From the NCBI GenBank assembly GCA_013239625.1, contig MU053758.1, positions 806,001 through 870,000 on the forward strand: a stretch of DNA of 64,000 nt, given 5' to 3'. The translations under genes and the position numbers were made by a program. The notes beneath the pieces were generated by a model, which saw only the letters and a list, made by a program, of their open reading frames with translations, did no database searches and had not been told where the DNA came from. Origin of the DNA: Lama guanicoe (Eukaryota). Positions 10,106 to 22,930 of this stretch are shown one piece after another (position 1 is the first letter of the stretch; each line of letters begins with the position of its first letter).

Positions 10106-13100
10106 CACTCTGCCCCTGTCATACTCTCCAGTTCTTGAGTATTTTATCACATTCCTTGATCTTTTCCATTCCAAGGGGATCACCTAACCAAGAGAGCTGC
10201 CTTTTGGGGAAGCAAGCTCTAAAGCGTAAAACCTCATATAAACCATTAGAAAATGCCTAAGTGTTTACTTGATGTTGGTGTTGGTGATCATCTGGTGGGC
10301 ATGCCAGTGTAGTGCTTGCTTTGGCATATGTTGGGATATATGTGTATTTTAATGCCTTAATGTATTATGGCCTGTTGTAATTGAATGTCTATAAAGTAGC
10401 AGTTAAGAGGGTTTTATAGACCTTAGAAGAGATCAGAATTCTCTAGCCCCCTCTTGTGGTGGAAAAAAATACTACTTTTTTAGCTTTTCTGGATTGTTTC
10501 AGTTGAAAGACGAAGGCTAAGTAAGATACGTAAGTTCTCAACGTGTTGAGTGTAGAGAATGAATCCAATGATTTAAAAATTACATATTATCACATATAAA
10601 AATTATATATATATATATCCCAGCATATATACACACTCATATCTGAGAAACTCCTGTTCTTTTATTTTATTAATGCCCTAAAACCTAAAAGATAGTACTT
10701 TCTTACAACAATTATTTCAGTATATTCTTATTACCCAAGTCAGGAAGCAGACAAATAAAACCGTAATCTTGAGGAGTATATATTCCTAAATCGGTAAATA
10801 AGGGAGGTTTTGACATGAACTTTAAACCAAATTTGCAGATACTTTTTCTTCGCCATTATAAATGAATACTTATTAGCATTTCTAACAGATTTAAACAGAT
10901 ATCCTATATCTCTTATAACAAATTAATTTTACCCATTTTATAATTTATTATTGTAGCATTCCTTTTATGGTAGATGAATTTTAGATATACATTAATGACT
11001 AGTAAGTAGCAAACAGATGAAGGGAAGACTGAACTGGCATGCAAATGATTTCATGTGTCTTGCTTATGGAAAAAAATTCTACATGTAGCACAAAATTATG
11101 TTTGTTTTTCTAGTAGGCCACTAAAAGTAGCACTTCTGTTCTGTCTTAGAATAACTGATCTATAGACAAGAACCAATGAAGAGTTACTATTAATATGCCT
11201 AACACAGCAATCCAGGAAGTGAAAAGACTAAAATAGACACTGTTCCTAAGTAGTTTTTTATTTTAAGCTACTTGAAAAACTTGAGTAATGGTGAAGGTAG
11301 ATTGTCTTTATGCTCAAGTCATATTCTAACAAATTCTGAGAACTCTAGAGATAAATTTGAGACCATGCTTTTTTAAAATCAAATATTTTTTTCCAGAAGA
11401 GAATATTAAATATTACACTAATTGAGGAATTGCAAGCGAATGGCATAGATAGAAGAACAAAATGAAAAGAGATTGGTCACAGGTGAAATAAGTGAGAATA
11501 TTATAATGATTTAAATATTAAATAGAAAACTGGTAGTTTTGACTGATTCTCTTTTTTTCTCCCCCACTTGAAGAGATGATCGTTGTTATTTTTGTCAAAT
11601 AGGGAAATTAATTCACTTTTTGTGCTTCTCCCTTAAGATTTGTGAATAAAATTTGAATCCCAGCTATTTATTAATTTTTAGTATTGACATTCCTCTGTGC
11701 ATCTGAAGACAAAATTTAACAAACCTAAAGATGAAATCTCTTAATAAGTAAGCATTTATGGATCTTCATAAGAATAGTCTAATTTTTATACCTTTATAAA
11801 AACATAATTTGACATGTTTTTGAAATTTATTTGTAATCAGATTAGGTGATCTTATATACCCCTATTTCCTGATCTGTGTCAGGTTTCTCAGGCAACTGCT
11901 TGATCTGATTTTTTTCACATTAAGCCTGCACTTTTCATAAGATCGACTAAATTGTGGATTTTCTTAATAACTTTGGAACATTCTTTATGAGTAGAGGTGC
12001 AGAAAATATCCCTTAGTTATTGTATCTGTGCTATTTACTACCATATATATTTCAATGGGTTTGGTCACCAAAAAATTGTGACTGCTCTTAAATACACATT
12101 CTTTGACTATTGATTTAAAATTAAATGTATATACTTTCACAAACCTCTTTTAAGTGTAGCTTTCTTACTTAGAGATAGATCTTTACTTGGCTTTTGGAAA
12201 AAGATTCATTTTAGAAAAATTATTTGTTAATTCAAATCTATTAACCAGTTTAAGATTTTGTATTCTTTCTTTTAGTGTTAAAATTAGGGAAATTGAAATG
12301 ACTGATTTCCTAGGTGGTTACAGTTAATAACGTTATAATATAGAAATTACAAAAATTTGACTTTGTAGCTAAACGGAGGTGTCAGAGAGGGTCTTTTGGA
12401 ATGTTGTGGTCATTGTCAAAGTATAGGATAGAAGAGATTTTCCTAGAAAACTACATCTGAGTTCTTGTTAAACATCTTGTTATAAATAATTACTATTTTC
12501 CATATTATATCATTGAAGCTACGAGTAAGGTAGATTTCTTCTTTCTTCTTTGTTGTTTCACTCTGTATGTGCAAATACCTTCAGCTAAAAAGCAAGAAGT
12601 TTTCTGAATTTTCCTAAGGAACACCGGGGCAATTAAAGGAGCTCTTTTTGTGAAATCTTTTGTATATTTGTTTCTTCAAAAATAACAAATTTATTTAAAT
12701 TTGATAGTGTTCTTTTTTAAGTGTTTCCCCCTTAATTTGAAATTAATTAAAACTCCCTTTTTGTTTAGGATGAGATGCATTAAAATGGAGCCAAACAGAG
12801 AAAAATTCTTACTGTCTTTTTGATTTGTCCAAATCCTGCTTTTCAAAAAAGCAACTTCTTACTACTTTTGTATTTGTTCCATGGATAAATTATCAAATTA
12901 TAATATAACTTAACTCTAAATAAATACTCACTTCTTAAAGGGTATGTTTCATTTTGTGTTAAGAGAAATACATATAGCTTGTCTTACCAGTGGAAAAACA
13001 TTTTTCAGCTGTAGAAGAAGTCCAAGCTTTAGCTAAATGAGAGAGAAAGGTACATATATGAATAATGATTTTGCATATTGGGTGCAAAGAAATTTAGAAC

Positions 13101-15683
13101 AAACACTGGAAAAGTTGATATTAATTCCTGTTTAGTTAGGAGGGCTAGATTAGTCCACTAAATAGATACAGTGAAGATAAATGCAGACTAACTTGTTAAG
13201 GCACATATATTTATAAACTTTTAGGATGTTTACATTTTGTATCTAATGGTGGCCTTCCTTCAGCATTTCTGTTGTTTCTTATATTCTTTTTATTTGTTTT
13301 AAGAAGTTAATTAAGGGGAAATCACTGGAATTGCACAAGTGGTTAGTTAGTAAATTCTAACAGTTGAGTTAGTAATTACAGCATATTTACAGTTCACTTA
13401 GGATTATTACTAGCGTTGCTGTCATGACTGTTACAGTATGAATCGCTGTGCAGAGAATTGCAGAGATCCTGGTCTGGCTCTACAGATGCCAGACCTAGGT
13501 AAAAACATTCACAGCTTTAAGTTTACTTTTCCTACATGGAAAGGCAAAAATTGAGTTCTGATTTAGTTATAATATTCCTTAAACTCTTACCCAAGTTATC
13601 ACTGACAGTAATTCTAACATACTCTGTTTTTCAGTCCAAGTGATATGAGAGCATGTTGGGTATGATTTTCAATATATGACAAAAGTATAAAATTAAGAAG
13701 AGATTTCTATAAAATTTTTGCACACTCTGCTAAATGAATTATTGAAATTCCAATAAAGAATTTTTTTAAAAACTCTAAAAAGCAGTATGGGTTTTATTTT
13801 TCCCTCAGTCCTTTCAGCTCTCATAAATGTCCCCATGAAAGCTAAATCTGCAGGGTTAGAAAAGAATATATTCTGTAATATTTACCTGATCAGGAAGATT
13901 TTTAAAACGTGGCATCTCAGTGTGAGGTATTGACTGAGGTGGACTGGCAGGTTTACTGGCCTGGCAGATACAGCAGGTTTGCAGTAAATCCACGTGGTAA
14001 AAAACTCCTGAGAAGTTTTTGATTAAGAAACTTCTGCTATCCTTTTAAAATGAAATATGCTGGTCATTTTTTTTAATGATAAAAGCAGATATTTTATGTT
14101 GTTGTCTGAGTCAGATTTTGAAATATATTTTAATAAGTTTGTTACATGAAAGTTCCTGGATTTCTAAGATACTAACTTAAATTATTTGTCCATAGTCCAG
14201 CATTTCCAGAGAACATGTAAAAAGAAATGATGAAAATAAGCCTATTCAGCAAAAATAAGAATAAAATTTTACATCTAAAGCCACAAAACCTGCATTTAGA
14301 GAAGAATTAATATTGTTATTCTTTGATAAATGTTATCAGTGATTTAAACCTGTAATAATATTATAAACTCTACTTAATGGTAAAATTAAGAATATTTTAA
14401 AATAAAAAATGTAATTTAAAATATTTGTCGTTTTTAAAGAGCAAACTATAATTATGAGGTAGTTTTAAAAAATGCATTACAGGTTACACTTCTAGAGTCT
14501 GTGAGAGCAGTGATTAATTCAAAGCATAATATGAAGAAACTGTTAAGTGGTAAACAATTTTATTGGGAAGATGAATTTAGAAATAATATTTTATATAGAA
14601 GTTCACAATTAAAGTTTATAATTTATTGAGAATTAAATTTTGAAGATGGTGCTTTCCCTTTCAAAAAGCCACATGCTCAATGAACATATTAGCTCCCTCC
14701 TTAGATGTTTTATTAACAAGTCCTTCTTGAATTTTGCATAAAAGCTAGTGTTTAACCCAACTAGACTTATTTAAGTCTTATATGACTGTGTATTTAAAAA
14801 CTTCTTGATTTAATGAGGTTAGAGCAGAGGTTAAAAAGAGATCTATGCCTCAAATTGATTTCTGGTTGGTGTTAAAGAAGAGCTATGTATCTATATACTC
14901 TCCCAAATTAAACCTAATTTTTTTTAAATCCTCAGCACCACAGTAACAAAAACTGCTCCTTAACTCACTGAGACCCTATGTTCTACTTCACGATTTCAGG
15001 AGAAGCAAACTAAAACAATCAGAATCATTCTTCACCTAGATCATGCTTCTCTGCAGCTAATAGTTCCTTGTTCATCAAGGAAACGAATGTGCACAGGGGT
15101 GACACGCTCTTCACCCATCTCCTTTGTTCTAAGGTCCCTCAGACTGATTATATCAGCCACAGCATTGACAAATATCCCCCCAAACTTTAACACTATGTTA
15201 AATTGAGTTATGAGGTTTTAAGGTTACACTCCCCTAGCTGAAGGTTGATTGTTTCTGAGAGATAAAGGAATTGTGCTCAGTGATAACAGAATCCTTGCCA
15301 TGGAATAATCCTGGTTATTGAACTCATAACTCTCCTTATTTGGTTACTTGGTCACTCCTTCTCCCCCACCCCCTAAGGAATGACTAGATACTAAATTGGT
15401 GATTCACCACTCTTCACCTACTTCTCCAAGAATATTTTTGAAAGACCCACAAGCGTTCTAGCAGATGAAGGAACAAGACATATCAAGGAAATAGAACAAC
15501 TCCTGGAAATGGGCTCTCACTTAGGGAGTGTCAGCTACTAGAAGCAAGAGAGAGACTTGTTTGTCCTTCTTCTGGCAGCATGAATTTGTAAGAGGGTCTG
15601 AGGATGCAAAAAGGCTTCCCTTCTCTTTCCCCCAGCCTTCCAGTTTTTCATGCACGCATTTAATCTCTGTGTTGTTTTGGGGT

Positions 15684-15710
15684 GTTGTTGTTGTTGTTGT
15701 TGTTGTTGTT
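15684..15710. repeat. (GTT)9 microsatellite
   Basis: Read directly. It is the source of the poly-V and poly-L runs in ORFs 15528 and 15682. Confidence 0.95.
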
Positions 15711-16209
15711 TTTGAAGATTGTGGGTTTTTTTTTTTATGCTCTGGAGGCAGAAATTTCAGATTTGCTGTCTGGGCAAAATTTTAAGCTACAGCCTTATTT
15801 GGTGACAGTGATGGTAAAAATTCTTTATGCCAATCTTTGCAGTTCCAATCCAGCATGCCACTCCATAAATGCCTCTATAGTAGTAAAAAAAAGAAAATAC
15901 TGAGTAATGGTAAGTTAAAGCCTGTCTGATGAATTGTGAATACTCAATTTTTTCCCTATATCATACAAATTTAAGAGAACTTTTATGAGTGGAATTGATA
16001 ATACCATAGAGAAAACCTTTAGTTTAGCTGCATTATTGGAATATCAGAGAAAGCCCTACTTAGGAAAAGTGTTTAAACAATGCATAACACCATCTTACGA
16101 AAGATTTACTAGTCTGACCTTCATTACCAGCAACAACAATTACTTCGCATGCAACTGTGCTGCATACATGGCACTCTGTAAGGTGAATTAACAATACCTG
16201 CTTCCTATA

Positions 16210-16443
16210 ATAAATTTATTGAATGCCTGCCCTATGCCAGGCATAACATTTTATATATGTTATCTCTAATCATCATTACTACTGTGCAGTGTAGGTATTA
16301 TTACTCCCATATTACAGATGAAGAAACTGAGCACCAGAGAGATTAAATTGCCCAAGGTCCTAAAATAATAAAGAGGCAGAGGAGGGTTGGAATAAGTCTC
16401 CATACATCCAAAGCCTGTAGTCTTTCCAGTATGTCACACTGCC
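16210..16443 (-). mobile_element. MIR (MIRb-like) SINE, near full length
   Basis: 'atttattgaatgcctgccctatgccaggca...cccatattacagatgaagaaactgagcaccagagagattaaattgcccaaggtc...tccaaagcctgtagtctttccagtatgtcacactgcc'. Confidence 0.88.
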
Positions 16444-16549
16444 CCACAGAAAAGGAAGTAACATTTGTTATTGGTCCTTCAGATACTTGTATACACTTAT
16501 GAAAGGAAAAATTAGAGATTCTGGAGTCACTTGGGAAAGGAGTAGTGCA

Positions 16550-16705
16550 TTAATGGCTACCATTAATTGAGCACCTACCCTCTGACAGGCATTGTCCTAG
16601 GCACTTACACAATTTCATATCGTCACCTCTTAAGTCCAGTATTCAAAAACTAAAGGATATCTAATTTCAAAACTCCTATTTCTTCCACTATACCACATTG
16701 TCTTC
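16550..16705 (-). mobile_element. MIR fragment (internally deleted)
   Basis: 'aatggctaccattaattgagcacctaccctctgacaggcattgtcctaggcactt' and 'tcttccactataccacattgtct'. Confidence 0.55.
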
Positions 16706-16745
16706 CAAGATTGTAGAGGAGAGGGACAGGAAAGGGGCTGTAGCA

Positions 16746-16943
16746 CAGTGCTGTCCTACAGAACATTCTGTAATACTTCCACTGTGCAATAGGACAGCCA
16801 CTACATTTGTAACTACTGAGCCCTTGAAAATGTGGCTAGTGAGACAGAGAGACTAAATTTTTTTAATTTAAAAAATTTGCTTAATTTAAATATACATTTA
16901 AATAGCCACACGTAGCTGGTGGATACCATATTGGAAAATGCAG
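16746..16943 (+). mobile_element. MER3 (hAT-Charlie) non-autonomous DNA transposon
   Basis: Ends 'cagtgctgtcc...' and '...ccatattggaaaatgcag'; internal 'ttgaaaatgtggctagtg...atttaaatagccacacgtagctggtgg'. Confidence 0.85.
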
Positions 16944-17609
16944 ATCTAGAATAATTCTTAACTAGATAGTCAAGACAACCTGGAAATAGTATTTTAGAAG
17001 CTTCTTGAAAGATGGATTGGATGGAAGTTGGGTGGGCAAGGGAAAGAAGAAAGGAAGGCTTAGGCTTAGGCTGTGGCTGAGGAGGTCAGAGGTGTGAGGT
17101 AGGTGAATAGGCAGAAGGGCCCTCAAGTAAATTTATGTGAGAAGCCCAGAGAAAACAGGATGTGGAGTGGAAGAAGGGAAGTGACCTGGCAAAAGGCTTT
17201 GAAGAAGAGCGTTCGAATCCATAGTTAATGGATTTGCACAGATTGAAAGGTAAATAAAAATCAGCATTTTTTTCCCGTATTCACCCGCTATAAATCATTA
17301 CTCGACGTTTTGATGAGTGGCTTTGGAGTGAGTTGTTTAAATGGTACTGTGATATTTGTGTATGCTAGAAGCTTACACATCCTCATCCTCCAGAACTCAG
17401 AGCTCCTGAGTCACAGGGCTGTAAGTCTCCAGGCTGGGTTGGGAGGCTGTCATTTATTCCTCCACAAGTATTCATTAAGTCAGTGAATCATCTTCTTGCT
17501 TTGTGTCCATGCCATATCTAACCTTTCTCAAGAAATTAATTCTCCAAAACATTAAATTTTTTACTATAAAAATATTTAAGCCCCTGCTAAGGAGTAATGC
17601 TGTCACTAA

Positions 17610-17960
17610 TTTGTATGCTCTTACAGCACTTTACAGTTTAAAAACCTTGTTTGAATGCATCGCTCTAGTTAACCCTCACAGCAATCTCATAAGGTGAGTG
17701 GTATCTTTGATAAGTGAGGAAACTGAGCTTGAGGTTTGTCTGGGATCACAAATCTTCACACGTAGCAGAGCTGGAACCCAGACCAGAAAACCGGCAATTG
17801 CAGGGCCTGAGTTCTTCAACAACGCTCTCTCCGTGGTTGTTCTCAGCTTTCAACCCCTTCCGCAATGATACATACAGACCTCTCAGTGAGATGTGTGACT
17901 TTCATGTGTGGGTTTCCATTTTTCAGATTAAGAAACTGAGGCACAAAAAAGTCAAACATA
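17610..17960 (-). mobile_element. Two adjacent MIR fragments
   Basis: 'cagcactttacagttta...gtgaggaaactgagcttgagg...gcagagctggaacccagacc' and 'tccatttttcagattaagaaactgaggcacaaaaaagtcaa'. Confidence 0.7.
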
Positions 17961-19651
17961 AGTCATCAAGCTTTTGAGTCCAACTGCCAATTTGCAGGGG
18001 AAAAAAAGGACAGAAGAACATGCTGAAATGCCCTGCAAGTACGCAGTTAGCAAAGTGCTGACAGTAGGAAATTCTAACAATTAAACATCCTAGGTTTTTC
18101 AACGGATAAATTATAAGGAAAAGTAAGAGATGAAAGGCAACATGTGGATTAAAAGATTTACAAGACATAATTTTTTTTTACACGGGCAAGATTTAAAAAA
18201 AGAAAAAATTAAGGTGCAGTTGTACTAGAACCCCAGTCTGAAAACTGTGATTTATTTTCTGGTTTATCACTTAGTCTTTCGAACTTTATGCTTTTCTGTA
18301 CTTAAATTGAAAGAATATTCCAATAGTTTAATATTTGACAATCACTTTGGAAAATACATAGTTAAATGTTTTCTTAAAAAAAGAAATAAACAGTAGCTGC
18401 TCTTTTGTGTGTTGACCCTAATCGTCCATTCTACATGACTATAAACCCTTTGCTCATTCAGTTTTCTTACCATACACCTTGTGGTCATCACTTAAAATGG
18501 TTCTTTGGAAAGAAAGCATTTTGGATTGAAGAGCTTTGTAAGTTCCTAGTGTTCTATAAATCTTGATAATGCTCAAGTTTATGGTCATCAGAACAAGGAA
18601 TAGTCTAGAAAAACAGGAGAAACTGTTGGATATGCTGTTAATGTCCTGCTCTGAATTCTGATCTGCAATCAATATAAGAATGAAAACAAACATTAAAAAA
18701 AGATTTCAAACATAAAACGAATGCACTTATACTGTGAACTGTTACTTCCAAGTGTATAAATTTGGCCTAGATAAATCATTGAAAACAAAATTAGTTCTTT
18801 ACTCACAGGGGTGCTGAGTTTGCAGAAAAAAATATTCCAATGAGAGACAACCTTACAGATGCTGTTTTCAGTAAATTCCAAAGCTCCAGATTTGAAGAGC
18901 CTGAGTCATCTGACCCACAAGTTTCCCACAAGCTATGATGGTTCCTTTTGTTTTTATCTTCTATGTTGCCCTGGATTTGAAACAAATGAACTTATCAAAC
19001 TTTCAAGAATAATATGGGACAGGAAGATTTTGACAGGCATCCTAGTTAGTCTGACCCATACTAATATAAACAAATGCATTTCCCTCCATTATCAGGACAG
19101 TTGTAGGAAGAGCAAGATGTATGTTCATATTTTGGGTTGTTTATAATAAAGATGGAATTATTGATGCTTTACAGCCTTGGAAGGGTTGCAGAGTGTTATA
19201 ACGTTAGTGTAACACAATTGTATTTGTTTCCCCATATTCTACTTGATTGGAACCTATGATCTAAGTGGTTTGAACACAAAGATTTTCTGTATGTGTGTGC
19301 GTGTGTGTTTTTGTCAATGCAAAGTGTGCATTAATGAGCAACTTCTCTTTTAAAATGAAAGCTACTTATATTATTTAGACTTTTTTGCTTATAGATATCT
19401 GGTACAGCATTTTTGCCAAGAATTCTGAAATAAATGGTCAAAGTTTGGAAATACATGCCTTGTTTTTCCTTCTATAAAGATTACTAATGAACCCTTCCTA
19501 CTAGATTATACTTTAAAAATCTTGAATACTTCCTATTTTTGTTTCACACCTATGGATTCTTGTACAGCACATTATATCAAGAATTGAAATCCGAAAGCAA
19601 ACTTGCAGCATCTTCTGTAGGAAAAGATGGGAAGTTCTGACAGTAATCTGC

Positions 19652-20020
19652 ACATTCATCCAGCAGATACTTGTTGGTGCCTCTTATGTGTCAGACACAG
19701 CCAGGCACTGGGACTACAGCAGTGAATAAGACACGGCCCTTCCCTCCAAAAGCACACAGGCTGGTTGGAAAGACTAATATTTGAATGAGTAATTTGACCA
19801 CTAAAGCACTGAAAATGAGGAACATAAATGGTGTTATGAGAGCAGAGTCGGGGGAGCAGTTACTACACCTGGAAAGGAAACTAGAGCTCAGGGAAGGCCT
19901 CTTAAGGAGGTGGTATTTGAATTATGTCTTAAAAGATCAACTGGAATTTATTAGGCTGACAAGGGTTGGGCAGAAATAAGTCAAAATACTTAGTGTTGGA
20001 CAGAAGTGTAGGAAGTGGCC
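19652..20020 (-). mobile_element. L2 LINE 3' end
   Basis: 'cattcatccagcagatacttgttggtgcctcttatgtgtcagacac...ggcactgggactacagcagtgaataagacacggcccttccctc...cagggaaggcctcttaaggaggtggtatttgaattatgtcttaaag'. Confidence 0.8.
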
Positions 20021-20084
20021 ACACCCTGCATGTGGGTATATTGTTTAGGACACTCTTTCCAGAGGTAAATTGGGGGAAAATGTA

Positions 20085-20500
20085 ACAAAAACCCTTTGCA
20101 AATGCTCTTTGACTTAACAATTCAACTTTAAGTGTACTTTATAAATGGACATAAAGATATTTAAGGATGTTCATTCAGACTTGTTTATAAAAGCACAAAA
20201 TTGAAACAGGTTAACATCTACTACCAAACAATGGAATATATGCAACCATTAAAAGTGATGTTTGTAGGGGAATATTTAATGACAATGGAAAGATGTTTAC
20301 ACTTTAAGTGAAAATATAAGGTTATAAGACAGCACATACAGTAAGCTCCTACTTTTTGAAATATATGTTTTTCATATATGCATAGAAAAAAACACTATAA
20401 TGTTCTTCACCAAAATAGTTTAACATACTTTTATTTCTAAATTTTATACAGTGAACATGTATTATTTTTAGAATTAAAAATAAACAATGAAAGTTATTTT
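20085..20500 (+). mobile_element. L1ME-type 3' end fragment
   Basis: 'aaggatgttcattcagacttgtttataaaagc...caatggaatatatgcaaccattaaaagtgatg...ttctaaattttatacagtgaacatgtattattttt'. Confidence 0.7.
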
Positions 20501-20531
20501 TCAAAAATCTTGAAAATCTGCAGAGCTCTAG

Positions 20532-20900
20532 GCCCAGAAGTTTTCACTTGTAGGGATTTATTCTAAGGAAATAAGCCAGTATAGCTCCTAGTACATCAAG
20601 TAATTGAAAACAACCTAAACGTCTAATTACATGGGATCGGTTTAATAAATTACAGTACTCCATATGATGAACTGCAGTACAACCATTAAAAATCATGTTG
20701 TCAGTTGAGGAGTCATTATTGTCGTAGGAAAATGTCCATGATATATTAAAGGGAAAAAGCGGGACACAAAACAGTATGGAAAGGGCATATACCAATATTA
20801 ATAGCGGCTTTCTCTGGGTTATGATATTATGGGGTTTTTTCCTTTGCACGTTTCTGTATTTCCTGTTTGCTGGCTTGAGCATGTTATTTTTTAAAATTAA
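20532..20900 (+). mobile_element. Second L1ME-type 3' end fragment, tandem to the previous one
   Basis: 'cccagaagttttcacttgtagggatttattctaaggaaataa...ttgaaaacaacctaaacgtcta...aaccattaaaaatcatg...ctttctctgggttatgatattatgggg'. Confidence 0.7.
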
Positions 20901-21249
20901 AGGTCATTGATTTGTTTTATTTAAATGAGTGTGCAGTTAGTTGTGACATTAACTAAGAGTCGACTAACAGCTGAGGATACACGAGAGTCCACAGTGACAT
21001 GAGTACATATAAGGAGCAAACATTAGGCACAGCATGTGTTTGTAAAAGGATAGATGTCCTATAGAATATGCCAGCCAGACCTGGGAAGACTTCCTGTCCC
21101 TGGGGCAGTGTTAGAGAAGCAGACACCGAACACCCACGGTCCCATTTGGAACCTGCCCTCGCTGAGCATCGTCCCTCTCTTCCCTCTTTTTGGTCCAGGC
21201 CTTCATGTCTGTCTCCCTCTTTATTATAACCTGTTTTGCAGGTAATGAT

Positions 21250-21360
21250 AGTGCCTAATCCAACTTTGTGTTGTTCTTCCTCTTGTAGACTTTAGCATCT
21301 AGCATGGTACTTCTCACTTAGGAATGCTCAGTAAATGCTTGTTGAACAAATGTTAAAATA
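21250..21360 (+). mobile_element. L2 3' tail fragment
   Basis: 'tagcatctagcatggtacttctcacttaggaatgctcagtaaatgcttgttgaacaaatg'. Confidence 0.6.
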
Positions 21361-21794
21361 AATAAATTAAAAAATAAAGGTCACAATGCTTTCTATCATA
21401 ATGCTTCCAACTTTGTGTCCAGTTTGCCCAGAGCAGCCCATTAGACTAATGCCTTTAAGAATCACTTTCTAATTATCTAATTGAGAAACTTTTCGTCGGT
21501 TTTAATTGTTGAATATCCACAATCTACTAAGTATAATTTGGATTCTGTGAGTAAAATTTCTTGTATACTTTCCCTGTAGTAAAAAAAATTAACTAACACT
21601 TAGGTACACCAGAGCTCATCTGCCACTTACTTCTCTTCCCAGTGATTGATGCAGTCTTATGAGGCTTTTCTGCACTTAGTCCACATGAACTTGATTTATT
21701 TTCTCTAGCTTTGTTTTAATGTTGTCTGAAAACATAGTGGTTTCACTGTCTTCCTTTTGCTAAGTTATGAGAGGCTCTACTTACTGTATATCGG

Positions 21795-22065
21795 CATCCA
21801 TTTCACTTTATTCCTTACTTGCAGAACCCTGATTTTGTCCACGGTGGTAATGTGCCTAGCTGAAAACATTTGCCTTCTTAGACAGACCTGCAGTTAGATG
21901 CAGTTAGACATAGTTTTCGTCATGAGAAGGTGTAACTAGTCACTAGCGGAAGTTTCTCTTCTAAAAAAAAAAATGCTGAGGAAGCCCTTTGCCCCTCCTG
22001 TCTTTGCTTTTCCTTTTGTCCCTTTACCTTCTTCCTGCCTGGATTACAGACTTATTGCCTTGAAA
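21795..22065 (-). mobile_element. ERVL-type solo LTR fragment (LTR16/LTR33-like)
   Basis: 'ttccttacttgcagaaccctgattttgtccacggtggtaatgtgcctagctgaaaacatttgcc...cttcttcctgcctggattacagac'. Confidence 0.6.
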
Positions 22066-22289
22066 TATAGTTTGCGCAGAAATATTGTGACATGTCCTGG
22101 CCATGGCTAGTAAGTAGCAAGGCTAGAAGAACATAAATGTTTAGGCCACTCTTTCTCTTGTACCTTGAGTGTAATTATTACAGAACTTCCCTTTATTATA
22201 GATTTTGTGTTGATTTACCCATCCCCTACCCTCAAATGAACTGCACTTCAAATGAAAGGGATCTAAATAGACATGCATACACAAATATG

Positions 22290-22930
22290 CATAATTCAGC
22301 ACAGATTTGAGTGCCTTCCTGTGCAAGCTTCTTGCCAGGAAATAAAGAGGGAACAGCAAGACTATCCCTGTCCTCAAGCGGCTTACAAATAGCTTTCTAT
22401 GAAAATGCATCGAAGGTAGACTCTGATAATTCTGCTACTCAGTAAGAGAACAAAGGAGTGTAAGCTCCATCGTGAATGGAAAATTCTGCAGAAACTTCAA
22501 GAAGGTAATGGGCCTAGAAGTACAGTCAACAGTTAAAGATGAAGGAAAGATCATTTCAGGCAAAGATATGAAAGGAGGCTTTCTTAAGTAGAGTTGGGTA
22601 GTTGGGCTGGAGCAAATGCTGCACAGGTAGGAATAAGAGGAGACAAGGCTGGAAAAATAGTTTGGGTGTGGATTGTGAAGACTGTGTTTGTTTTGTAGGT
22701 AGTAGGCAGCTATGAAAAAAATTTTTAATTTTGAATTTACATGGTCAGACCTATGTTTTGAGAGGAAGGAAACATTAGAGACAAGGTTAGGAGATTCTTG
22801 CCATGGTGTTGGTGAGCAGCGGTAAGGACCTTTCCATGTCACTGGTATGGGAGAAAGGAGAGAAATGGATTGGAGAAAGCATTTTACCTTTAAAAAATGA
22901 TGAAAGAGGAGGATGAACTGGATCTCAAAG
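22290..22930 (-). mobile_element. L2 LINE fragment
   Basis: 'tttgagtgccttcctgtgcaagc...ccctgtcctcaagcggcttaca...gaggagacaaggctggaaa...catggtcagacctatgttttgagagg...ggagagaaatggattggagaaagcatt'. Confidence 0.75.
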
